A stretch of 64,000 bases of DNA from an uncultured bacterium (GCA_965112635.1 OZ218778.1:1536001-1600000), one strand, 5' to 3'; counted from the stretch's first letter, positions 40,713-49,791 are shown. Notes: generated by a model not told the origin, from the letters alone. Numbers and translations: made by a program.

Positions 40713-41573
40713 GATTTGGCGTAGATTTTTGAGGATGGAGTAGGTCGAATCGGTGTGGTTGACGCTGTAAAAATGCAGGCCCGCCACCCCTCTTTTCATC
40801 AATCCCCGGCATTGTTCGGTCGCGTAATCGATGCCGAATTGGTAGGCTCCCGGATTATCATGTTCAAAGGCCTGTATCTTGGCGGTCAGGGCCGCGGGGA
40901 TCCTGGAGCAGCAAAGCTTGGTAAAGCGATGCAGCTGGCTTACGGAACGGATGGGCAGGATGCCTGGTATGACCGGCACCTTGATGCCCTGCTTGCGGAC
41001 CGCGTCCCAATACCGGTAAAAATCCTCGTTGTCCAAAAAGAGCTGGGTGATGATCGCATCCGCCCCGGCATCCACTTTTTCCTTGAGATAACGCAGGTCA
41101 CTCTCGAAGCTGGGAGCTTCGGGATGCTTTTCCGGGAAACCGGCGACCGCGACCGAAAAACCCATGGCCACGGCTTCAGCCACCAGCTCGCTCGTGTGGA
41201 CGAACCGGTCCGCGGGAGGCGTCCAGTTGACCAGATCCTGGGGAAGGTCGCCCCGGACCGCCACGATGTTCTCGATGCCGCTGGACTTCAAGTCCGCGAG
41301 GATGGAGCGAAGCTGGTCCTTGGACAGGCCGATACAGGTCAGGTGGCTGACGGTCTCCATTTCCCATTCGTTCTTGAGGCGCTTGGAGATGTCAATGGAG
41401 CGGTCGCGGGAAAACCCGGCCGCGCCAAAGGTAACCGAATAAAAAGCGGTCTTCATTTCCTTGAAGGTGGGGATGCGGTTATAAAAGAACTGCTCTTGCT
41501 CGGGGGACTTGGGAGGGAACAGTTCGATGGACACAACAAGCTTGTAAGAGGCGTAGATGCTTTTGAGCTTCAT
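40710..41573 (-). CDS. metF: 5,10-methylenetetrahydrofolate reductase (E. coli MetF type)
   Basis: 'SIELFPPK', 'SVTFGA', 'SHLTC', 'VRGDLP', 'AGFPEKHPEA', 'KVDAGADAIITQLF', 'GLHFYSVN'. Confidence 0.93.
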   Translation of the reverse strand: MKLKSIYASYKLVVSIELFPPKSPEQEQFFYNRIPTFKEMKTAFYSVTFGAAGFSRDRSIDISKRLKNEWEMETVSHLTCIGLSKDQLRSILADLKSSGIENIVAVRGDLPQDLVNWTPPADRFVHTSELVAEAVAMGFSVAVAGFPEKHPEAPSFESDLRYLKEKVDAGADAIITQLFLDNEDFYRYWDAVRKQGIKVPVIPGILPIRSVSQLHRFTKLCCSRIPAALTAKIQAFEHDNPGAYQFGIDYATEQCRGLMKRGVAGLHFYSVNHTDSTYSILKNLRQI

Positions 41574-41704
41574 GGCAGGATATTTTAACACACCGCTATC
41601 CAGTTAATAAAGAAGCTTGCCGACAAAATGGTGTGCTGTTGCCGGTTGTCTTGCGGGTAAAACACGGTATAATTTTTCACGGACCAGGGAAAGGATGGCA
41701 AGGC

Positions 41705-42211
41705 ATGAAAAAAACCAGAAAAAACAAAAACCGACGGGCTCATGCTCCCGCAAAACTTCGCACAGGCCGGTTATCCTGGGAACAATATTTCATGAAGATC
41801 GCGCAGGTCGTGGCGGAGCGTTCCACCTGTCTGCGGGCCAAGGTCGGCGCCGTGGCGGTCAAGGACAAGCGCATCGTGGCCACGGGTTATAACGGCGCGC
41901 CGGCCGGCATGCCGCACTGCACCCAGAGCGGATGCCAAGTCTATACCACCTATGACCCGGACGGGGTCAAAGAAGAGAACTGCTATCGCACCATCCACGC
42001 GGAGATCAACGCCATCGCGCAGGCGGCGCGAAGCGGAGTGAGCATCGCGGGCGCGGATTTTTACATCACCCATTCTCCCTGCATCCACTGCCTCAAAGTG
42101 CTGCTCAACACGGGCGTAAAAACGATCTACTACGTGAGGCCTTACAAGCTGGAAAAGGCGGGATATTTCCTGAAATATTCCCAGGCGAAATTGAAGAAAA
42201 TCACTTTTTAG
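41705..42211 (+). CDS. dCMP deaminase (ComEB-like)
   Basis: 'WEQYFMKIA..VAERSTC', 'TGYNG', 'HAEINAI', 'SPCIHC'. Confidence 0.92.
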   Translation: MKKTRKNKNRRAHAPAKLRTGRLSWEQYFMKIAQVVAERSTCLRAKVGAVAVKDKRIVATGYNGAPAGMPHCTQSGCQVYTTYDPDGVKEENCYRTIHAEINAIAQAARSGVSIAGADFYITHSPCIHCLKVLLNTGVKTIYYVRPYKLEKAGYFLKYSQAKLKKITF

Positions 42212-42402
42212 TTCTGCCAAGACCACGAATGGGTTGAAAAGCGCTTTTTTGACAAAATGAGGCAAACGGCGAAAAGCTTTAAAAACAAAGGATATTTTTA
42301 GTGATTTTTTTTTGATATTCGGGAACTTTCTGGCATAATTGTTGTCTAACTAGGTGAGAAAAGAAAAAGGTCCGAACTAATTTAATCTGATAGGAGACTC
42401 CA

Positions 42403-44214
42403 GTGGTCATAAATAGAAAAATCTTTTTTGGTTTGGCCAGTCTAATTTTTGTGTTGTTTGCCGCCCATCAAGTGATGGCGCAGGACGACATCGCTGATTA
42501 CCAACTCGGAACCGACCCGACCAGCCCGACCTCCATGGGGACCACCGATGTCACCGGGACTACCACGACAGGGACAACCTTTGATTATTCCTACACCAAT
42601 ACCCAAGACCATACCACCGGGACAGGATACAGTATAAAGTTCGACTGGAACATGACCGCGAACGGTTATGCTTTATTCCAAAACACCACGGGCAATTTTA
42701 ACTATTGGAGCACCTACACGCAGATGTGCTTCTGGGTCAAGGGCGCTGCGGGGGGTGAAAAGTTCAAGGTCCAGATCAGGGACGGCATTTATGACCAGGC
42801 TGCTTCCACGATACAGATGGCGAGCGCTGCCTGGCGCCAGATCTGCATCCCCATCCTTGGGGGCGGTTTTACTCCCAATCCCGGTAATTCAGCACCTATG
42901 AATTACACAAATATCGTGGATATTTCATTTATCGCGGACACGGCTACTCTGGGGGCCTTTACCATTTATATCGACGATATCACTTGCAGTCCCAGCGTTC
43001 TGCCTACGGCCACTCCCACGCCAATGGCTGGAGGCTGCGATATGGTAGCCAACTTTGAGAGCTGCGCAGATCCGATCAGTGAGGGTGGAACTGCCCTTGG
43101 TAATGTATACGGCTATGATCCTGCGAGCAACCTCACAACAACAGCAACTTACGATTCTACCCAAAACCATGATGCAAACCCCTCAGGCTGTTCCATTAAA
43201 CTGAACTGGGCTACCTCGGCGACAAGCGGCAGTTCGGTTTGGTATCTCGATCTCTTAACCTTAAACAATTGGAGCACTTACACGACCGTGACTCTCTGGG
43301 TCAGGGGTATGACAGGCGGAGAGAGATTCTTTGTGCAGGTCAGGGACGGGTCGCCTAATGATGACCAATACTGGTCGACCAAATACGCGGCCGGAGGTGC
43401 TGGGGTGTGGACCCAGATCTCCCTGCCTATCCCCTCGGGTTTTAGCGCTCATGGCGCACAATCAGGGCCCTGGACGTGGGCCACTATCTCTGATATTGCT
43501 ATTGTCACGGACCCTTCCCAGAACGGCAGCTTCACGATGTGGGTTGATGACATCCAACTTTGTCCTTCGGCAGGTTTCACCCCGACGCCGACCCCATCCG
43601 GGCCGACCAACACGCCTACTCCTGTAGTCCCGACCATGACGCCTACTCCGATGGGGCCGACTTCGACACCCACTCAAACCTATACCACCGGGCCTTCGCA
43701 AACATCGTCAATGACATTTACGCCGAGCGCTACTGGTACGCAGACTTTGACCCCCAGCGTCACTTATACCCCTCTGCCGGCCACCTTTACCTTTACTTCC
43801 ACCGCCACGGTGACCTCATCGCTGACGGTCACTTCTTCTCCGACCGGCAGCCCGACCCCGAGCGGGAAGCTGAGCATCATGAAATCCATCTCCTATCCTT
43901 GCCCGGTCACAGTCGAGAACCAGGCGACGATATACGCGCAGATGGTGGATGTGCCGACTCGGCTTGACCTGAAGATATACACCGTGGCAGGCAGGTTGAT
44001 ACGCACCTTTGGCACGATCAATACCACCGATCCTGCCATCGAGGACACGGAGCCTGACAGCAACGGCATCTATAGATATGTCTACAGGATACCGTTTGAC
44101 CTGAGGGATAACAACGAGGATTACCTGGCCAACGGACTGTACTACTATGTGATCGTGGCCTATAAGAGCAACGTATCCGTCAAGACCTATGGTAAATTGG
44201 TTATCCTGAAATAA
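42403..44214 (+). CDS. Secreted protein: two CBM11/CIA30-like domains, Pro/Thr linker, C-terminal FlgD-Ig/sorting-like domain
   Basis: Signal peptide; duplicated module 'WSTYT...WV(K/R)G..GGE(K/R)F.VQ(I/V)RDG...W.QI.(I/L)PI...(Y/W)(I/V)DDI'; tail 'YPCP...KIYTVAGRLIR...LANGLYYY...GKLVILK'. Confidence 0.75.
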   Translation: MVINRKIFFGLASLIFVLFAAHQVMAQDDIADYQLGTDPTSPTSMGTTDVTGTTTTGTTFDYSYTNTQDHTTGTGYSIKFDWNMTANGYALFQNTTGNFNYWSTYTQMCFWVKGAAGGEKFKVQIRDGIYDQAASTIQMASAAWRQICIPILGGGFTPNPGNSAPMNYTNIVDISFIADTATLGAFTIYIDDITCSPSVLPTATPTPMAGGCDMVANFESCADPISEGGTALGNVYGYDPASNLTTTATYDSTQNHDANPSGCSIKLNWATSATSGSSVWYLDLLTLNNWSTYTTVTLWVRGMTGGERFFVQVRDGSPNDDQYWSTKYAAGGAGVWTQISLPIPSGFSAHGAQSGPWTWATISDIAIVTDPSQNGSFTMWVDDIQLCPSAGFTPTPTPSGPTNTPTPVVPTMTPTPMGPTSTPTQTYTTGPSQTSSMTFTPSATGTQTLTPSVTYTPLPATFTFTSTATVTSSLTVTSSPTGSPTPSGKLSIMKSISYPCPVTVENQATIYAQMVDVPTRLDLKIYTVAGRLIRTFGTINTTDPAIEDTEPDSNGIYRYVYRIPFDLRDNNEDYLANGLYYYVIVAYKSNVSVKTYGKLVILK

Positions 44215-44244
44215 CCATAGTTTGCCCAAAGATATTGGATAACA

Positions 44245-44284
44245 AAAAACCCCGTGGGGTTTTCCCGCGGGGTTTTTATTTTTT
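44245..44284 (+). terminator. Intrinsic terminator; last clear host-like feature before the island
   Basis: AAAAACCCCGTGGG-GTTTT-CCCGCGGGGTTTTT followed by a T-tract. Confidence 0.8.
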
Positions 44285-44301
44285 GGCTTAACATTCCATG
44301 C

Positions 44302-44401
44302 TGGCGTATCAAAAAGCTGTTTCGATACGCCATTTTTTGGAGTGGAACTCTTGATTAATTGTTTAGGATTTGGCGAGTCGAAAGGCTGTTTCGACACGCC
44401 A
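44302..44401. repeat. Two 31-bp palindromic repeats separated by 38 bp
   Basis: TGGCGTATCAAAAAGCTGTTTCGATACGCCA (44302-44332) and TGGCGAGTCGAAAGGCTGTTTCGACACGCCA (44371-44401), 26/31 identical. Confidence 0.85.
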
Positions 44402-44591
44402 ACTTTAGAAAGGAAACGCATTATTTAATAGAGCTAAAGTTGGCGTCCCAAGTCATAGCCAATTGGAATCAAATTACAGAATTTCTTCAGCAAATTAACT
44501 CCCTCCGAAAGGAGGGCCTCACTTTATAACCTAAATTCCCCCAAGATTTACAGCGTTATTGCTAATTCTATCCATCACGAAAGGAAAAAAT

Positions 44592-46082
44592 ATGATTTCA
44601 CAAGAACTGTTTACTCAGGTTAAAGAGGAAATTCCTAGACAGCAGGTTAATAGGATGAATTGTCACACCTTAGAGGCTGTTCCAAAAAATGTTGAAAATT
44701 CTAGTGGGAACGGGACAATTTGTCCTGAAGACCATCTCACTGCTGAATCAAAGATTGGGTGGGATGCAATTGAAAAAATATTGCAAGATCAACTTGTAGT
44801 AGAAGGATTTCCGGTAAATTCGATAAAAACATATATCAAAAATTACAAAAAACTTGTTATGTGTTTTAACTGTAAACCGACAAATGTAACTTCAGAAAAA
44901 CTCAAGAGTATTTTCGATTCAAAATTGGAAGATACTAAGCCCAAGGTTGTTTTGTCGCACTTGATGATATTGATGATTGATTTGAAATTATGGCCAAGAC
45001 ATTTTATGTTTCTTAGAAAACCAGAAAGAAAAATGGTTGTTAAATATATTGATTCTGAGTGGCAAAGATTGTTCGATAAATTTGAGGGATATTTGGATAG
45101 CGAGGATATGCATCATTCAACAAGATTTAGAACTTTAAAATGGGCTGGTCATTTTTTGTGGTGGGCAAAATTAAAATATGAAGATGTTTTTGACCCCAGT
45201 ATTTTAGTAAAAAACTGGCAAGAATTTACTAAAGAGATACATGAATACAGTAAAAAAATGGATTATCAAAATGTGTTTAAAAGATTTTGTGATTTTTTAT
45301 TAAAAACAGGTCAGTTGATAGAAGAACCAGATTTATCGCCAGGTGATGCCGTTTGGAAAAAATATATTGATACGAATGATAAAAAATACCTTCCAAATTT
45401 AAGCGAAGATTGGCCTAGAAATTGGGATGAAGTCTGGCCGGTTTTTGTGCTATTTATTACAAGGCAGCCTCTATTTCCTCACACAGCAAATTGTATTTTA
45501 AGCGGTTTTGAGTCTGTCGTTAAAAAATTACCTGTTACTCCTCGTCAGATAACCAAAGAACACATCGCTAAAGTATTGGAACTGCCGGAATACAAAAAGA
45601 AATTTAGCGGCGCCTTCAGCCATTTGTGTCTGTTATTAATTGAATTAAAGGTTTGGCCGAAGGAGTTTCTTCCAAGGAATACTGCTATAGGCAATTTACG
45701 TAAGCGTTTTAGTCCAATTTGGAAAAAGTTTTCTGACGAATTCCAAGCATATTTGATTAGGGAGGGTGTTCCAAAAGATCAATGTTATCTTTGGACTAAA
45801 TGGATAATCACTTTCATTTGGTGGAGCGATTTTACTGATAAATGGCCATTGGATTCTGAACAGATCAAAGTTCTATGGGAGCAATTTGGGCAATTTTTGA
45901 CACATTGGACAAGAGATATAGCTTCATATAGTCCTAAAACTTTCAGTCGTGCCTTCTCTCTTTTCTGGAACTTCGCCATTACACAGAAGACCATTGTGGC
46001 CGATCCAGTACCAATAGAACGTGTTGCAACTAGCTTTTGGAGTCATTTGCAAGAGCCATTACGTGTTCCATTGCACCTGTAG
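44592..46082 (+). CDS. Hypothetical all-alpha protein with an internal ~220-aa duplication, integrase core-binding/SAM-like
   Basis: SD AAGGA; paired motifs 'SHLMILMIDLKLWPRHF'/'SHLCLLLIELKVWPKEF' and 'WQRLFDKFEGYL'/'WKKFSDEFQAYL'. Confidence 0.65.
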   Translation: MISQELFTQVKEEIPRQQVNRMNCHTLEAVPKNVENSSGNGTICPEDHLTAESKIGWDAIEKILQDQLVVEGFPVNSIKTYIKNYKKLVMCFNCKPTNVTSEKLKSIFDSKLEDTKPKVVLSHLMILMIDLKLWPRHFMFLRKPERKMVVKYIDSEWQRLFDKFEGYLDSEDMHHSTRFRTLKWAGHFLWWAKLKYEDVFDPSILVKNWQEFTKEIHEYSKKMDYQNVFKRFCDFLLKTGQLIEEPDLSPGDAVWKKYIDTNDKKYLPNLSEDWPRNWDEVWPVFVLFITRQPLFPHTANCILSGFESVVKKLPVTPRQITKEHIAKVLELPEYKKKFSGAFSHLCLLLIELKVWPKEFLPRNTAIGNLRKRFSPIWKKFSDEFQAYLIREGVPKDQCYLWTKWIITFIWWSDFTDKWPLDSEQIKVLWEQFGQFLTHWTRDIASYSPKTFSRAFSLFWNFAITQKTIVADPVPIERVATSFWSHLQEPLRVPLHL

Positions 46083-46326
46083 ATATCCACTGGTTCATGG
46101 ATTACGATCCGAAGCGGACGATTGGCTTACCGTGCTCCGTTATGCATTCATTTTATTAGAGTACTCGATTAGGAGTGAATTAAAGCCTATTGATATTGAT
46201 GAGATGAAATTGAAAAGATTAGATGATCAACTTAAAGTTGAAAAAATTGAATCGAAAACCATCGAATTAGTTCTAGTGGAAATAAGAAATGCCGTGGCAG
46301 AAATAAAAAATAATAAAGGAGAATAA
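46021..46326 (+). CDS. Short ORF, possibly the frameshifted C-terminus of the upstream gene
   Basis: Overlaps the upstream ORF by 62 nt in the +1 frame; no clear SD; ends 2 nt before the recombinase start and contains its SD. Confidence 0.45.
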   Translation: MLQLAFGVICKSHYVFHCTCRYPLVHGLRSEADDWLTVLRYAFILLEYSIRSELKPIDIDEMKLKRLDDQLKVEKIESKTIELVLVEIRNAVAEIKNNKGE

Positions 46327-46328
46327 TT

Positions 46329-47807
46329 ATGAAAATAAACGCAGCCTATTTAAGAGTTAGTAGTCAGCAAGGAAGTCCGTCAAGTAAGCAGGAAGAGAGT
46401 TTGCCCCGTCAAGAGCAACTAATAACTACGTGGGTCAAATCATTGAATTTTCCAGAACCCTTTAAAATATTCAGAGATGACAAGAGTGGGTCGCTCGAAC
46501 ATAGAGATGAGTTTGATAAATTAAAGCATCTTATAGAGAAAAATGAGGTTTGCAGGGTTTTTCTTTATGATGACAGCCGCCTTGCGAGAGATCAGGAAAC
46601 GGTTCAGAAAATGGTATGGTTTTGCCTTCAGCATGGTGTCGAAATATGGGTTTATTCATTAAGGCGTCGATTAGATTTAACACAAGAATCAGACAGAATT
46701 TTATTAGGGATAAATGGTTTGATAAATGAATATTTTTTAATTAATCAAAGGCGCATGTTTAAAGATGGTGCCGACGGATTAATAGCAAAGGGCGGTTGGA
46801 TGGGTAGGCATCCGTATGGGTATACGCGAGGGGAAGACAAACATTTAAAGCCTATTCCTGAAGAGTTTCAAATTGTTCAAAGGATTTTTAGCGAGGTTAA
46901 AGAACACAGCGTTAGAGCCATTTGCCAAAAATTAGAGGCTGACAGATTAACGGGAAAGATACCGGCGTTTAGGGGGAATAAACCATGGAGTGTAGCTATG
47001 GTTTGTCAAATACTCAGGAACCCTGTTTATACCGGCTCTGTAGCTTGGAATAGAACTAAAAACCTTAAACGTGTCCCTCGTGATCAATGGCGGATTATTA
47101 AAGATGCCCATCCTGGAGTAGTTAGTTGGGAGGAGTTTGAAAAAATAGAGGACATTTTTAAACTCAGAAATAGGGGATGGGCAATTTTTAAGCCATCGTT
47201 AAAAAATCCCTATGCTGGATTGATACTTTGCGGTCATCACGAAAAAAATATGATTGGTTTAAGAAGAGGCGGGAAAGAGTATTTCCTGTTTTGCCCGGTA
47301 TATTGCTGCCCAAATAATGGTACTCCAGTATCAAAAATTGAATCGAAAATATTAGATCAATGCAGGGAATTAATTGGAAATGGTGCATCTGAGATTGAGT
47401 TGAAGAGAATAAGGGAAAAAGAAGAAGAAATATCCGATAAAAAAAATAAAATTAAACAAATCAAATCAAAATTACCGAAGTTTCAAGGGAAGCGGCAAAA
47501 ATATATTTATCAAATGTCAAAGGACGAAATAACGAAGACCGCCTTTGATCGTGAAATTAAGGCCGTAGGCGAAGAAATCAAATTGTTTTCCAAGCAGGAA
47601 TCTGACCTGAGTCTTAATCTTGACAAGATTCAAATGGAACTGGATGGAATGAAAAGGCGTATGAAGCCATTGGAGGTGTTGAACCTCCCGTTTGCAGAGA
47701 TACCCTATGAACAGAAAAGAGAGGTTTTAAGGAAATTAATTAAGTGCGTTTCTGTCTTCGAAAGAAAAAATGTGAAAATACAATATGAAACGGAGGTCGC
47801 AATATGA
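46329..47807 (+). CDS. Large serine recombinase 1
   Basis: Catalytic 'AYLRVSS', 'DDKSGS..HR', 'DSRLAR', 'PYGY', 'ILRNPVYTG', degenerate Zn ribbon, coiled coil. Confidence 0.92.
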   Translation: MKINAAYLRVSSQQGSPSSKQEESLPRQEQLITTWVKSLNFPEPFKIFRDDKSGSLEHRDEFDKLKHLIEKNEVCRVFLYDDSRLARDQETVQKMVWFCLQHGVEIWVYSLRRRLDLTQESDRILLGINGLINEYFLINQRRMFKDGADGLIAKGGWMGRHPYGYTRGEDKHLKPIPEEFQIVQRIFSEVKEHSVRAICQKLEADRLTGKIPAFRGNKPWSVAMVCQILRNPVYTGSVAWNRTKNLKRVPRDQWRIIKDAHPGVVSWEEFEKIEDIFKLRNRGWAIFKPSLKNPYAGLILCGHHEKNMIGLRRGGKEYFLFCPVYCCPNNGTPVSKIESKILDQCRELIGNGASEIELKRIREKEEEISDKKNKIKQIKSKLPKFQGKRQKYIYQMSKDEITKTAFDREIKAVGEEIKLFSKQESDLSLNLDKIQMELDGMKRRMKPLEVLNLPFAEIPYEQKREVLRKLIKCVSVFERKNVKIQYETEVAI

Positions 47808-49369
47808 TTGATGACTTCAAGGATAATGATGTCGCAGTTTTGATGCGCCAAAGCACCAATAAGAAAAGTCAAGATAATAGTATTCCGAAGCAACTGCAAC
47901 TAAATGCCGAGTTTGCAAAGGAAATCAATTGGCCGTTTCCAACAATGCCAGAGAGATTTTACTCGGCAACTGTAAGCGGCATGTCTCCAAATCGGCCCGA
48001 ATTGGACCGCTTACTCAAGGATATTAGGTCAGGTGACGTAAAGAGAGTGATGGTATATGACTGGTCGAGAGCTTCGCGCAGTATATTAGGGGCCTGTGGC
48101 CTCTGGAATACTATTAGAAAAGCTGGAGCCTTATTAGCTATACAGTCTCAAAAACGAGTCATTGATTCCAAAAAACTTAACGAAGGCGATTTTTTATTCA
48201 TAAGTGTAAATGGTGTAATTAACGAAGCGCAGTGGTTAACGCACGCCCGTCTTGTAAGGGATGGGATGAGGCGCAGAGCGGGTAATGGTAAGTGGCCCGC
48301 TCCCGTTCCGTTTGGTTTTATTCGAAATGAAGATGGTATTTTGATACCTAATCCTGATGAGATGAGGATTGTTGAGCGTCAGTTTGAAGCTGCAGCCGTA
48401 TATGGAATAAGAGAGGCGTGTAAGGTCCTCCAAGAAGAAAATATATTTGTCAGTCCCAGTACGCTTCATTATAGGCTTCATAACTCAGTCTATATTGGAA
48501 TTCTTTCTTATGGAAAGACAAAGAATGACTTTAAGTTAAATCCGAACGCAAAATGGGGAGAGATGCCTGGACGCAAAAGAATGCGTTCTGATGAATTAAT
48601 TGTTGTTGAAGATGCTTTTATATCACCAGTATCAAAAGAGGCTATAGAGAAGTTCCAAGTTAATGCCCAGAGTAGACGATGGAATAAGAGTGGTTTGGGA
48701 CAACGGAAAGGAAAAACTCCATTTTTACTTGCTGGACTGGCCTACTGTGGTTTATGTGGCAAACGTATGTCCAGAAAAGCTGTTAAGGGTGTTAGTAAGG
48801 GTGGTTTAGAGAAAGCCTATGATTATGTAGGTTGTGGAACAGAGAAATGCCCAAATAAATGTCTTAAAAAAGAAATTATTGAAGATCAGATAAGGAAATT
48901 CTCTTTGTGGGAGCACCTTCCGAAATTTGAGCTGCGAGAAGCTATTAAGACGGCGCTAGATATAAAAATACAGTTTGCATTGAAGAAACAAGCAGAATAC
49001 GAAAACGAGATCATTAAATTAACAAATGCCAAAGATAAATTTGGTTCAATGTATTCTGAGGAGATTGCGAAAGACAAAGATTACGCTCAAGCCTATCAGA
49101 AATTGTGCTTCGACTTGCATGAAACCCAAGTAAACCTTTATAGAATGGAGAGAACGGTGAATGAGATAAGCGGTGCGACTCCTAGAATCCAAGCAGATAT
49201 TTTAGGTTGGTGCATAAATTTCAGGGAACGATGGTATTCAATGATACCAAGGCAAAAAATGCTCTTTTTACGTAGAACCTTTTGTAAGGTCAGAGTTTTC
49301 GAGAATTACTTGCTAAGTTTTGAGCCTTGGTCAATGGGTCGTTTTGATTTTGAGAAATCCAATAGTTAA
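47804..49369 (+). CDS. Large serine recombinase 2
   Basis: 'VLMRQST', 'VSG...RPELDRLL', 'WSRASR', 'PFGF', 'LHNSVYIG', Zn ribbon 'CGLCG...CGTEKC'; ATGA overlap with recombinase 1. Confidence 0.9.
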   Translation: MIDDFKDNDVAVLMRQSTNKKSQDNSIPKQLQLNAEFAKEINWPFPTMPERFYSATVSGMSPNRPELDRLLKDIRSGDVKRVMVYDWSRASRSILGACGLWNTIRKAGALLAIQSQKRVIDSKKLNEGDFLFISVNGVINEAQWLTHARLVRDGMRRRAGNGKWPAPVPFGFIRNEDGILIPNPDEMRIVERQFEAAAVYGIREACKVLQEENIFVSPSTLHYRLHNSVYIGILSYGKTKNDFKLNPNAKWGEMPGRKRMRSDELIVVEDAFISPVSKEAIEKFQVNAQSRRWNKSGLGQRKGKTPFLLAGLAYCGLCGKRMSRKAVKGVSKGGLEKAYDYVGCGTEKCPNKCLKKEIIEDQIRKFSLWEHLPKFELREAIKTALDIKIQFALKKQAEYENEIIKLTNAKDKFGSMYSEEIAKDKDYAQAYQKLCFDLHETQVNLYRMERTVNEISGATPRIQADILGWCINFRERWYSMIPRQKMLFLRRTFCKVRVFENYLLSFEPWSMGRFDFEKSNS

Positions 49370-49542
49370 GTTAGTACTGCCCTAACCACCTACCAAACCC
49401 ACCTTTTTTATTCAATCTGTCCAGCCTGGATCTCCATACCGGACACTTTTACAAAAAAACAATTTACTCATTGAGAAATATAGGTTTTGGGACAACTACC
49501 TCCTATTTGGGCTCTATATATTAAATATAAGGAGGAATAAGC

Positions 49543-49791
49543 ATGAAACCAATGAGCCCCTATGGAGGATTGTCTCAATACTTTTGGGACACCTATATAG
49601 ACCTTTGTTTACAGCAATGGTTCGAGCAGAAGGGAGGGGAATATGCCCCAATCCCCTTCCCTAGTGCAAATCCAATTACCTATTCCCCTAAATCCACTTC
49701 CGCTCCAGCAAAAAAACAAAACCAGCCGGATTCCTTTGTCGATCCCCTACGCCGTCCTGAACGAGGCGGATCGTTTGATGAAGTGCTATAG
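49543..49791 (+). CDS. Small hypothetical protein (overlaps the next ORF)
   Basis: Strong SD AAGGAGG 6 nt upstream; 149-nt overlap with 49643-50368. Confidence 0.4.
   Translation: MKPMSPYGGLSQYFWDTYIDLCLQQWFEQKGGEYAPIPFPSANPITYSPKSTSAPAKKQNQPDSFVDPLRRPERGGSFDEVL

Noticed and set aside
38382-41588. Long antisense ORFs over the MTHFR genes (38382-39605 minus, 40755-41588 plus)
   Set aside because: Shadows of well-supported genes on the other strand
43570-43865. Pro/Thr low-complexity repeats as a DNA repeat element (also 1000-1150)
   Set aside because: Protein-level linkers with degenerate codons, not nucleotide tandem repeats
44302-44470. A bona fide CRISPR array
   Set aside because: Only two imperfect repeats, the third unit shares just 6 bp, and there are no cas genes in the window; kept only as a palindromic repeat finding
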